From Antedon mediterranea (taxonomy: Eukaryota; Animalia; Echinodermata), in NCBI RefSeq assembly GCF_964355755.1, contig NC_092677.1, forward strand, positions 26,709,175 to 26,773,174: DNA of 64,000 nt, given 5' to 3'. A program made the position numbers and the translations under genes. The notes below the pieces were generated by a model. It saw nothing but the letters and a program-made list of their open reading frames with translations. It was not told the DNA's origin and searched no databases. Shown here one piece after another: positions 38,991 through 51,597 of the stretch (position 1 is its first letter; every line of letters starts with the position of its first letter).

Positions 38991-41900
38991 AATTGACATG
39001 CGCAGAACCCATTATTTGCCTATGCGCATGTTTATTAGGCTATAGTAACCATTTATGTCAAAAAATAAAAGGGTCGAAAATCTGCAATTTTTCGAAAATT
39101 TCCCTGTACTATAGTACAGGGATTTTTCAAAAAATGGAAAATTTTCGACCTTTTTATTTTTAGATAAAACTGGTTACTATAGCACAATTGACATGCGCAG
39201 AACCCATTATTCGCCTCTGCGCATGTTTATTATGCTATAGTAACCATTTATGTCAAAACTGGTTACTATAGCACAATTGACATGCGCAGAACCCATTATT
39301 CGTCTCTGCGCACGTTTATTATGCTATAGTAACCATTTATGTCAAAAAATAAAAGGGTCGAAAATCGACCATTTTTCGAAAATTTCCCTGTACTATAGTA
39401 CAGGGATTTTTCAAAAAATGGCAAATTTTCGACCTTTGTATTTTTCGATAAAACTGGTTACTATAGCACAATTGAAATGCGCAGAACCCATTATTTGCCT
39501 ATGCGCATGTTTATTAGGCTATAGTAACCATTTATGTCAAAAAATAAAAGGGTCGAAAATCGGCAATTTTTCGAAAATTTCCCTGTACTATAGTACAGGG
39601 ATTTTTCAAAAAATGGCTAATTTTCGACCTTTTTATTTTTAGATAAAACTGGTTACTATAGCACAATTGACATGCGCAGAACCAATTATTCGCCTCTGCG
39701 CATGTTTATTATGCTATAGTAACCATTTATGTCAAAACTGGTTACTATAGCACAATTGACATGCGCAGAACCCATTATTCGTCTCTGCGCACGTTTATTA
39801 TGCTATAGTAACCATTTATGTCAAAAAATAAAAGGGTCGAAAATTTACCATTTTTCGAAAATTTCCCTGTACTATAGTACAGGGATTTTTCAAAAAATGG
39901 CAAATTTTCGACCTTTGTATTTTTAGATAAAACTGGTTACTATAGCACAATTGACATGCGCAGAACCCATTATTTGCCTATGCGCATGTTTATTAGGCTA
40001 TAGTAACCATTTATGTCAAAAAATAAAAGGGTCGAAAATCTGCAATTTTTCGAAAATTTCCCTGTACTATAGTACAGAGATTTTTCAAAAAATGGCAAAT
40101 TTTCGACCTTTTTATTTTTAGATAAAACTGGTTACTATAGCACAATTGACATGCGCAGAACCCATTATTTGCCTCTGCGCATGTTTATTAGGCTATAGTA
40201 ACCATTTATGTCAAAAAATAAAAGGGTCGAAAATCTGCAATTTTTCGAAAATTTCCCTGTACTATAGTACAGAGATTTTTCAAAAAATGGCAAATTTTCG
40301 ACCTTTTTATTTTTAGATAAAACTGGTTACTATAGCACAATTGACATGCGCAGAACCCATTATTCGGCGCTGCGCATGTTTATTAGGCTATAGTAACCAT
40401 TTATGTCAAAACTGGTTACTATAACACAATTGACATGCGCAGAACCCATTATTTGTCTCTGTGCATGTTTATTATGCGATGGTAACCATTTATGTCAAAA
40501 AATAAAAGGGTCGAAAATCGGTCATTTTTCAAAAAATGGCAAATTTTCGACCTTTTTATTTTTAGATAAAACTGGTTACTATAGCACAATTGACATGCGC
40601 AGAACTCATTATTTGCCTCTGCGCATGTTTATTATGCTATAGTAACCATTTATGTCAAAACTGGTTACTATAGCACAATTGACATGCGCAGAACCCATTA
40701 TTCGTCTCTGCGCACATTTATTATGCTATAGTAACCATTTATGTCAAAAAATAAAAGGGTCGAAAATTGTCCATTTTTCGAAAATTTCCCTGTACTATAG
40801 TACAGGGATTTTTCAAAAAATGGCAAATTTTCGACCTTTGTATTTTTCGATAAAACTGGTTACTATAGCACAATTGACATGCGCAGAACCCATTATTTGC
40901 CTATGCGTATGTTTATTAGGCTATAGTAACCATTTATGTCAAAAAATAAAAGGGTCGAAAATCGGCAATTTTTCGAAAATTTCCCTTTACTATAGTACAG
41001 GGATTTTTCAAAAAATGGCAAATTTTCGACCTTTTTATTTTTAGATAAAACTGGTTACTATAGCACAATTGACATGCGCAGAACCCATTATTCGCCTCTG
41101 CGCATGTTTATTATGCTATAGTAACCATTTATGTCAAAACTGGTTACTATAGCACAATTGACATGCGCAGAACCCATTATTCGTCTCTGCGCACGTTTAT
41201 TATGCTATAGTAACCATTTATGTCAAAAAATAAAAGGGTCGAAAATTGTCCATTTTTCGAAAATTTCCCTGTACTATAGTACAGGGATTTTTCAAAAAAT
41301 GGCAAATTTTCGACCTTTGTATTTTTCGATAAAACTGGTTACTATAGCACAATTGACATGCGCAGAACCCATTATTTGCCTATGCGTATGTTTATTAGGC
41401 TATAGTAACCATTTATGTCAAAAAATAAAAGGGTCGAAAATCGGCAATTTTTCGAAAATTTCCCTTTACTATAGTACAGGGATTTTTCAAAAAATGGCAA
41501 ATTTTCGACCTTTTTATTTTTAGATAAAACTGGTTACTATAGCACAATTGACATGCGCAGAACCCATTATTCGCCTCTGCGCATGTTTATTATGCTATAG
41601 TAACCATTTATGTCAAAACTGGTTACTATAGCACAATTGACATGCGCAGAACCCATTATTCGTCTCTGCGCACGTTTATTATGCTATAGTAACCATTTAT
41701 GTCAAAAAATAAAAGGGTCGAAAATCGACCATTTTTCGAAAATTTCCCTGTACTATAGTACAGGGATTTTTCAAAAAATGGCAAATTTTCGACCTTTGTA
41801 TTTTTCGATAAAACTGGTTACTATAGCACAATTGAAATGCGCAGAACCCATTATTTGCCTATGCGCATGTTTATTAGGCTATAGTAACCATTTATGTCAA

Positions 41901-44900
41901 AAAATAAAAGGGTCGAAAATCGGCAATTTTTCGAAAATTTCCCTGTACTATAGTACAGGGATTTTTCAAAAAATGGCTAATTTTCGACCTTTTTATTTTT
42001 AGATAAAACTGGTTACTATAGCACAATTGACATGCGCAGAACCAATTATTCGCCTCTGCGCATGTTTATTATGCTATAGTAACCATTTATGTCAAAACTG
42101 GTTACTATAGCACAATTGACATGCGCAGAACCCATTATTCGTCTCTGCGCACGTTTTTTATGCTATAGTAACCATTTATGTCAAAAAATAAAAGGGTCGA
42201 AAATTTACCATTTTTCGAAAATTTCCCTGTACTATAGTACAGGGATTTTTCAAAAAATGGCAAATTTTCGACCTTTTTATTTTTAGATAAAACTGGTTAC
42301 TATAGCACAATTGACATGCGCAGAACCCATTATTCGCCTCTGCGCATGTTTATTATGCTATAGTAACCATTTATGTCAAAACTGGTTACTATAGCACAAT
42401 TGACATGCGCAGAACCCATTATTCGTCTCTGCGCACATTTATTATGCTATAGTAACCATTTATGTCAAAAAATAAAAGGGTCGAAAATTGACAATTTTTC
42501 GAAAATTTCCCTGTACTTATAGTACAGGGATTTTTCAAAAAAATGGCAAATTTTCGACTTTTTTATTTTTCGACAAAACTGGTTACTATAGCACAATTGA
42601 CATGCGCAGAACCCATTATTTGCCTATGCGCATGTTTATTAGGCTATAGTAACCATTTATGTCAAAAAATAAAAGGGTCGAAAATCGGCAATTTTTCGAA
42701 AATTTCCCTGTACTATAGTACAGGGATTTTTCGAAAAATGGAAAATTTTCGACCTTTTTATTTTTAGATAAAACTGGTTACTATAGCACAATTGACATGC
42801 GCAGAACCCATTATTCGCCTCTGCGCATGTTTATTATGATATGGTAACCATTTATGTCAAAACTGGTTACTATAGCACAATTGACATGCGCAGAACCCAT
42901 TATTCGTCTCGGCGCACATTTATTATGCTATAGTAACCATTTATGTCAAAAAATAAAAGGGTCGAAAATTGACCATTTTTTGAAAATTTCCCTGTACTAT
43001 AGTACAGAGATTTTTCAAAAAATGGCAAATTTTTGACCTTTGTATTTTTCGATAAAACTGGTTACTATAGCACAATTGAAATGCGCAGAACCCATTATTT
43101 GCCTATGCGCATGTTTATTAGGCTATAGTAACCATTTATGTCAAAAAATAAAAGGGTCGAAAATCGGCAATTTTTCGAAGATTTCCCTGTACTATAGTAC
43201 AGGGATTTTTCAAAAAATGGCAAATTTTCGACCTTTTTATTTTTAGATAAAACTGGTTACTATAGCACAATTGACATGCGCAGAACCAATTATTCGCCTC
43301 TGCCCATGTTTATTATGCTATAGTAACCATTTATGTCAAAACTGGTTACTATAGCACAATTGACATGCGCAGAACCCATTATTCGTCTCTGCGCACGTTT
43401 ATTATGCTATAGTAACCATTTATGTCAAAAGTGGTTATTATATAACACCTATATAAATTCCTGTCATTTGATTGGACGAATGTGGGTCACATGGCGTGCA
43501 ATAGTACGCACTATTCAACGATCGTTAAATAGTACTTTTTGAAACATTTTTGTGTACGAAAAAAAAAAACGTCTCGCGGATGAAAAAAAATCTAGTACAC
43601 AAATTATCCTATGATATGGCTATGTACTGTGAAATACAACAGCGCCACCTGTCGTCTGGTTTCATTTGTAAACACCACCGCGAGATATGCAACAGCAGCA
43701 GATATTTGTGTACGATTTGGACATTATGTACTAATTTCATTCAAAAAGGCATTTAAATTAGCTTTAGATCGTTTTTAGGATTTTGATTAATTAATGGGGA
43801 CATCCCTACAAGACGTGGAATTGTTGGAAAAACCATAATTAGCTTAGATAAGTTCCAATTGTCTGTCGAAGTTTTGCCTTTCAGCCAAGCTAGTACTAGG
43901 CTACTAGGTCTAGCCTAGGCCATGCTAGTATTAGGCTAGGCCTAGCCTAGGCGTTTTAGCCTTGCTAGGCCTAGGATTGTTTGGTCGTTTGTTGACATAA
44001 TTAACACAAAAGTAGGTGTGTTTACGAAATCCATATAAATATAACATTAAATATAACATTATTAAAAACCAAATGTTACTGTTTTTAATCAAATGTGTGT
44101 GAATGAAATGTAGTATTAGCTTTGGCTAGGGCTACCTTTTATTTGATTCAAATAACTAGAATTTATTTAGATGTTATATAAAACAAATAATGAATGTTTT
44201 GTATTCGTGTAATGGTACAAATAATGGCACTTGGTGAATGATGAAAGGTTATATCAACTCGGCTTTGCCTCGTTGATATAACCTTTCATCATTCACCTCG
44301 TGCCATTATTTGTACCATTGCACTCATAAACATTCATTATTTGTATACTATAGCACAATTGACATGCGCAGAACCCATTATTCGCCTCTGCGCATGTTTA
44401 TGGTAACCATTTATGTCAAAACTGGTTACTATAGCACAATTGACATGCGCAGAACCCATTATTCGTCTCTGTGCACGTTTATTATGCTATAGTAACCATT
44501 TATGTCAAAAAATAAAAGGGTCGAAAATCGGCCATTTTTCGAAAATTTTTATGTACTATACTACAGGGATTTTTCAAAGAATGGCAAATTTTCGACCATT
44601 GTATTTTTCGATAAAACTGGTTACTATAGCACAATTGACATGCGCAGAACCCATTATTCGTCTCTGCGCATGTTTATTATGCTATAGTAACCATTTATGT
44701 CAAAAAATAAAAGGGTCGAAAATCGGCAATTTTTCGAAAATTTCCCTGTACTATAGTACAGGGATTTTTAAAAAAATGGCAAATTTTCGACCTTTTTATT
44801 TTTAGATAAAACTGGTTACTATAGCACAATTGACATGCGCAGAACCCATTATTCGCCTCTGCGCATGTTTATTATGCTATAGTAACCATTTATGTCAAAA

Positions 44901-45280
44901 CTGGTTACTATAGCACAATTGACATGCGCAGAACCCATTATTCGTCTCTGCGCACATTTATTATGCTATAGTAACCATTTATGTCAAAAAATAAAAGGGT
45001 CGAAAATTGACAATTTTTCGAAAATTTCCTTTACTATAGTACAGGGATTTTTCAAAAAATGGCAAATTTTCGACTTTTTTATTTTTCGATAAAACTGGTT
45101 ACTATAGCACAATTGACATGCGTAGAATCCATTATTCTCCTCTGCGCATGTTTATTATGCTATAGTAACCATTTATGTCAAAAAATAAAAGGGTCGAAAA
45201 TCGGCCATTTTTCGAAAATTTCCCTGTACTATAGTACAGGGATTTTTTTTTTAAATGGCCAATTTTCGACCTTTTTTTTC
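38991..45280. repeat. Higher-order satellite of two hairpin modules (A 89 bp, B 106 bp; HOR A-A-B-A-B = 479 bp)
   Basis: CTGGTTAC recurs at 39170, 39259, 39454, 39649 and 39738 (spacings 89/195/195). Repeat-derived ORF starts 40652, 41131, 41610 and 42089 are 479 apart. Diverged proto-units at 38330-38685. Confidence 0.97.
43438..44345. mobile_element. Non-autonomous element with a long terminal hairpin (Crypton-like, tentative) inserted in the satellite
   Basis: Interrupts a satellite TGGTTA|CTATAG unit with TA on both sides. Short IR TATATAACA / TGTTATATA. ~75-bp stem at 44183-44344 with loop TCGGCTTTGCCTC. Confidence 0.75.
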
Positions 45281-45539
45281 CATCCTCAATACATTCTATA
45301 GGATGCTAGATAGGCAATAAATATTGATACATTATTTCACAGTAATTGAATTTTCAACAGTTCGGGCTGTCTATATTTGACTGTAATACAATACAATTTA
45401 ATATTCAAAATTACTATTAAAAATATTGGTCCTGCATAAACTTAAACAAAACAGAATCTACTTTTTGCATGGGCTAGCTAGCATTGGAAGTGTAAATAAA
45501 CACCATCTTATTCACCTGATTTTGTGTGATGATGTGTGA

Positions 45540-45716
45540 CCAGCATTCTAACACTATTCTGCGGCGGCCATGATGGTATTATGTGTCAAATACTATTGCG
45601 TTTTATCCACCAGCATTCTAACACTATCCTGCGACGGCCATGATGGTATTATGTGTCAAATACTATTGCGTTTCATCCACCAGCATTCTAACACTATCCT
45701 GCGCCGGCCATGATGG
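45540..45716. repeat. 70-bp tandem repeat (2.5 copies) overlapping the HINFP stop codon
   Basis: CAGCATTCTAACACTAT..GGCCATGATGG starts at 45541, 45611 and 45681. Confidence 0.92.
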
Positions 45717-48700
45717 AACTTCATTTACAGTTTGGTCAGTGTTCTGAGATGATGAAGTGTTTGATTGGACCGTCACTATTGTTTGGCTTGCTGATTGGTG
45801 GACAGACTGTCGAATGTTCCTTTCCATTATAAGCTGTTCTGTTAGCTCTACGCTCTCATAGCGAACTGTTTGTAAGCGATATAATCCATCGTCATATAAT
45901 TTGTATCTATAGAAACATAATCAGATATTACAAGACCGTTTTATTCGACAACTTTACATTCTACAAATCACTATTTGAGTAGACAAGCTTCATAACTTTG
46001 TAAAAACAAATATTTATTATTTCACAACTGATTAAAATTATGGTAAAAAAATATATATTATTATAATACAATCATATTAGTAAAATATACTTTAGTAATT
46101 ATTTTCTGTTTATTTTTTTGTCTTCCAAAATGGCGTCCAAGTTATTTTTGGGCTGAGGAAGTGTTTGCACAGTGCCACCGAGCCATATCTACACTCTTTG
46201 AGGTTTATAGACACAACTTTGCACTGATTACTAGCTGCATTATTATGGGAGTATGTTTCCATACGTGTTTGATCCAAAAAATGACCATGGTAATAATGTG
46301 CAGCTAGTTGAGCGCTTGCTTATATGCGATATATAAGAATCAACTATTATTATATTATATATAATTATTATATCTGCAGCTGTTAAAATCATGACTGACC
46401 TACCTAAATCTACTATGTCCTGCTGGCCATTTCAGCTTGTGCACTCCTTTTAGATGCTTTGTTAGTCCAAACCCTCTTGTGTAAATCTTATCACATAGAT
46501 GACAACTATAACATGCTTTGCCGTTTAACTGAAAATAACAAAGAAAGATTTCAGATGACATAACAACAAATTAAAAGAAAACAAATCGGATTGGAGAAAT
46601 GTCATAGAAAGCTGGAAAGCAATTTACAATATATATAACTTTATTCACAATCTCAGATAATACAAAGTACATGCAAAATTAATTGAGGTTGTGGACGGGG
46701 TTAAGCTGTAAGCTAATGCTTTAGACGCAAAGCCCCTTAAAACGAGAGAGAAAAAAAAAAAAAAAAATTTAGATTTATTATAGAATTGAGTAAGGGTTTT
46801 TAGAATATTGTTAAAGAATTGTCCAGTGAATAAGTCATCTAAGGTTTGCAGTACAAGTTAGGAATGTCTAAACGTTTCGGTTTTTTATGCTACAGCGCCA
46901 TCTTCTTCTAGGCAGGTAAAGAAGATAGTTGTTACAGACAATCTAAGCTTGACTTTATTTTGGAAACGCCCGGTGTAGAGCGCCGATGCGTACCTTATGG
47001 ACGCTTGTAATATGACTTTGTAGCGTCGATAGCGTGGTGCTTCGGAATTTGCAAACTTCAAAGCAACACTCATAGATTGGTTGTTGGTTGTGACAGTCCA
47101 GATGATACCGTAGGGCTGACATAGTCTTAAAACTAAAACATTAAAATAAACAATTTGTAAATGGTTTCAAATTTATATCGCAATTGTAATCCAGCCCCAA
47201 CAGCATTGTTATTTTTTTCAGTGCTTATTTTATTTGTATCTCCATTGAGATCCAGCCACTGATACCCACAGCATTGTCATTTTTCAGTGCTTATTTCATT
47301 TGTATCTCCATTGAGATCCAGCCACTGATACCCACAGCATTGTCATTTTTCAGTGCTTATTTTATTTGTATCTCCATTGAGATCCAGCCACCGATACCCA
47401 CAGCATTGTCATTTTTCAGTCCTACAATTTGACCAATCATATTTTCATGTTATGTTCAAGTACAACCACAATTGTCAAACTTACGATAGATCGCAGTATT
47501 GGCAAGGAAAAGGTTTTTCATTCGAATGTCTCCATCGTATATGTTTGAGAACTCCAGATGGGGCAGGACACGTCATTTCACAATGAGGACATTTGTAATT
47601 GTTAACTGTAAGAAAAAAAAATTAATTAGAGAAAATGTTATTATTTTCATTTATATCACCTTGATCCTTGTCATTTGTTTGGAGGATTGAGGGTCACATA
47701 TAGTCAATAATTCATTAATACTAGCTTGAACTTATGCGACATGAAGAGTGCATTTTGTTTTACTTACTATGTGATCTGATATGGTCTCTAAGAAGCCTCT
47801 CGGTGGCATACACCTTGGAACAATGTGAACATTGGTACTGTTGAACTGTAAATGAAAAATATGCAGAAACCGTTACCAAGAATCTATGTTACAATAAGTA
47901 CCTACATTACATTAATTTCCTACGACATTATATTAAAAACATGCACTACATTAATTTAAATTTATAAATAAACATACATTAAATTACCAGTCTTCTCAGA
48001 TAAGGACATAAAGCTGGAGGTCCAGTGTACACATCTGGCTTGTGTGCACTTTAAAGAACATAGTACCCCGGTGTATTGGTCCATTCAGTCGTTGTGGACA
48101 GACGAACGGGCACTGATTGGTGGCAGCTCTCGACAGTAGGCTGCAAGTCGCAGGTTATTGCCCCCCCCCCCCATTTACGTTTAATTGACCTACGTTCGAT
48201 GGCTACTTGACGATGTAAATGATCAAAGAACTTGCTGCGATTTGAGAACAGTGATCCGCACACAACACATGCATACTGCTTGGCTTGTGTATGGCTTCGT
48301 ATGTGATCTTGTAATTTAAACTTGGTCTTAGTAACAGATAGACAATCTAAAGACAGTTAAAAAAGTTATAGATTAATTCTTTGAAAATCCAAATTGTAAA
48401 AGTAAATCTTTTTAAAGATTTATTAACAACAAGTTGTATCATGTAAATCTCATAATATGGTTACCCGACAATCTAAGGGAAAGGATTGGGCAGGAGCCAG
48501 CGGATATAGGGATTGTTAAAAGGAAATGGACACACACTGAGAAAACTACCATTATCAGGAAGCACGCCCAATAAGCACATTGATGAGACAACTTGGAACA
48601 GTGTGAAACAAAACAAAAAAGTGGAATTGCAACAGCTATAGCCAGTGGAGCAGTAGCCTTCAACTATGTTTGCTCATAAATAGAAGAAGAACTTGATAAG

Positions 48701-50636
48701 GAAGTCAAGAATGTTAGGAAGAGGTGGAACTTCCCCAATATGGGACACCTTTGGGCTGTAACTGTAAACATAAAGGAATAGATATTTTGTTTACATACCT
48801 TGCCATTTGCAGTAATGTGTTTCTTTCTTTTTGTCATCAATCACTGGTGAACTATCAAGACAATGGTACTCAACATGCACATGAAACGATTCTGGGTTGT
48901 CGGTTACAAACTAAACAAAACACAATTTATCAATAAATTTATTAATAACGTTGTGATCACACGATCAAAACGGTACTGGGTATGATCAAAGAATATATAT
49001 CACAAGAATGAGTATTCCGCGATTTTTGCATGAGAAATTTGTAACAGAGAGTTCCAGTGAGTGATGCCCGCCCTCATAAGGGCGGATGTATACATACTAA
49101 ATAAGACTTGATTTAATAGACATGATACGTGCCACATTAAATAGAATTATGATGATAGTTTTTGCAATTGTAAACTATTTTATAATACATATTTATTAAC
49201 AAACTAGTGTTTATTCACTTTTACAAACAATTATTTACTAACATGCTAAGTTAGTTCACAAAAAAGGCCTAACACAGCAACACCAAAAATCAACGAATAT
49301 TACTCAGCACGGCCTATTCTTTACCATTGCCGTGTACTACTCTACGCCCGGTAAATTAAGTATTGTTTTTATGATATAAATTAGTATAAAACACATGAGA
49401 AAATGTTAAATGTCATTAACATTTATTTGTTTTACCAGAAACAAGTTAAATATAGGAATATTATTAAACTATCCTTCGTGAAAACGCGTAAACACCAACA
49501 CGCCCGGTCACGCTATCGTAGCGCCCGGTTGATAAAGCAAACTGTTTATACGGCAGTTTTTACTAAATAAATTGCATAAAACGAACAATTAAATATCCAA
49601 ATAGTATTTAACATGATGTTGGCATGTAGTTGATAACATTTTTATCATCGGAAAATACTCCGGTGGTCCAGCCTTTGATTAGTGAAACCTTCACCAAAAG
49701 TTGTATACATCCCAGATACATCCACACTTATGGCGGCGCCCTACCACATGGACAATATTACTGTTACAGGGAAAATCGCGGATTACTCATTCTTGTGATA
49801 TATATTCTTTGGTATGATCAACTAGCGTTCATGTTCCCACCTCGTCATGTATTCATAGAAGTACAATCTGTAGCGACTATAGAATGAACCTGGGACTTGA
49901 CTTTCTTCGACTTTTAAATAATCAATATGATATTGAAAAGAGAAACAATTAATCTTGTTTTATTGCAGTATTTTGTTTCCCAAATTGGAATACTTTGCAA
50001 AGAAGCATCAAAATAAAAAAGTATAAATTCCTATTGCAATGTTTTAAAATACTAACGTCACAATTCTGCCAACCACATTTAAAACTTTGCGGTAGATCTG
50101 GAATTAAGTTAGCGCCGTGTGAATCCAACTTGCACAATGCCTTGCCCATCTTCTCTCGCTCCTGATGGCCCCACCATTTTAATTTGGTATGGTACGCATG
50201 AAAATAAAGATGTCGAAGAAGAGGTATTGGTCCATTTGTGACAAACCCACAGCTTCTCCACAAACAGTGGTACTCAACAGTCCCTAAATAACAAGAATAA
50301 ATCAGTTATTTATAATTTCCAACGTTTTCAGACTTTAAAAGTTGTTGGGACTTATAAATATATTGATTCAACCAATATATTAACAATAAATAACATTTTA
50401 CAATGATACTACTGAGGAAGGGTTAGAGTTACACAATTTTTTTTAGTTTGTTTTAATATACCTTCAATAACAATGTCAAAGTTCATATAGTTGTCAGGCG
50501 TTATTCCTTTTGGAAGGAATTCTAACATATGTATCTGAATGTGTTTGATGTAAGATGCAACATTGTCAAATACTTGTTCGATGTTGCACCATTCACAGTG
50601 CAATTGCATTGGCCCTTTCTTTAGCGTCCGTGGCAT
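45663..50636 (-). CDS. HINFP: Histone H4 transcription factor (HINFP/MIZF), C2H2 zinc-finger protein, 457 aa
   Basis: Exons 50636-50462, 50283-50057, 48910-48799, 48346-48194, 47845-47768, 47605-47485, 47132-46994, 46528-46404, 45906-45663; 1374 nt in frame, all GT-AG. Motifs [73 protein letters not shown], and the HINFP-specific [31 protein letters not shown]. Confidence 0.96.
47189..47420. repeat. ~66-bp tandem repeat (~3.5 copies) in a HINFP intron
   Basis: ATCCAGCCACTGATACCCACAGCATTGTCATTTTTCAGTGCTTATTTTATTTGTATCTCCATTGAG. A single related monomer sits at ~34476-34507. Confidence 0.9.
48987..49811. mobile_element. Non-autonomous DNA transposon, P-element-like (CAAAG termini, 7-bp TSD)
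   Basis: ~40-bp TIR CAAAGAATATATATCACAAGAATGAGTAWTCCGCGATTTT with one mismatch. Exact TSD GTATGAT at 48980-48986 and 49812-49818. Confidence 0.88.
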
Positions 50637-51223
50637 GATCTGTATAAATAAAAATTATGAAAAAATGTAACAAATATTTACTGTCCCACTTTTAGAAGGC
50701 CTATAATAGATATGAATATTGGGTATAATAAATAAGTTAGTTAGTGCATATTATTAGTTTACTACCTAGGCCTACCTACCTAGGCTAACTAGAGAGTAGT
50801 AAAGCCTTAGTAAAGGACTAGGCATAGGATCAGATGCCTACTACTAGACAGCCTAGCTAGTAGCTAGGGAGGCCTACATTAGCTAGGCACAGGTCGAGTA
50901 ACCACAAACAAGGCTACACTTTATTATCCTCAGTGGCACACTGGTTGAAAAGCCCTATCTCGGCTACTCTACTTTTTCTTTTGACCGTTGCTAGCTAGGC
51001 CTAGCTACTATACTAGTAGGGCCCTACTAGCTAGGCCTAGGCTAGGCTAGGCCTACTCTAGACTAGCCTAGGCTAGTTAGGCCTAACTAAAACTTAAAAG
51101 GCCTACACAGTACAGAACATAAAATAGCTAATTAAACTAATTGACTTGTTAAATTATAATGTAATTTTATTAACAAATGAAGTTCTACTAAGTACAATTC
51201 ACGGAATGATTTTTCAAAATCAC

Positions 51224-51597
51224 CTTTTTTAAATCGAAGGCCTAAACTTTACTAAACTCTCGCACTCCGCAGCTAATGTGTCGCGGGAAATGTTCTTTCC
51301 CGATTATATTTTTGTTTTTGAAAAGACGAGCGCCTCCTAATTTTGCCAGAGTGCACAATTTAAGATACAATAACTAAAACAATTACACTTTATGTTTTTG
51401 CATTATATTATTAATCATATAATAATTTAATAAACAATATATATATTTATTTGTATTTAACATGTAAAAATTAAAAAAAATAACACCGATTGTTTTATTC
51501 CTGAATTGGACAACAGACAAACCGTGGCAATTTTTTATTCACGTGTGACCTACTACGCATGTGCATAACCCTCTTAATCGTCGCGATCAAAAGCACG
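51224..51597. promoter_or_regulatory. Putative bidirectional promoter for HINFP (-) and RPS25 (+)
   Basis: Minus-strand donor AAG|GTGATT at 51223 (candidate HINFP 5'UTR exon). E2F-type GCGGGAAA at 51283-51290. CACGTG at ~51540. Pyrimidine run CCCTCTT at 51569-51575 (TOP/TCT-like initiator) just before the RPS25 ATG. Confidence 0.65.

Noticed and set aside
39250-45301. Repeated 130-aa ORFs (MSKLVTIAQL...) and a CRISPR-like look of the palindromic array
   Set aside because: The ORFs are satellite translations. There are no unique spacers and no cas genes, and the context is eukaryotic.
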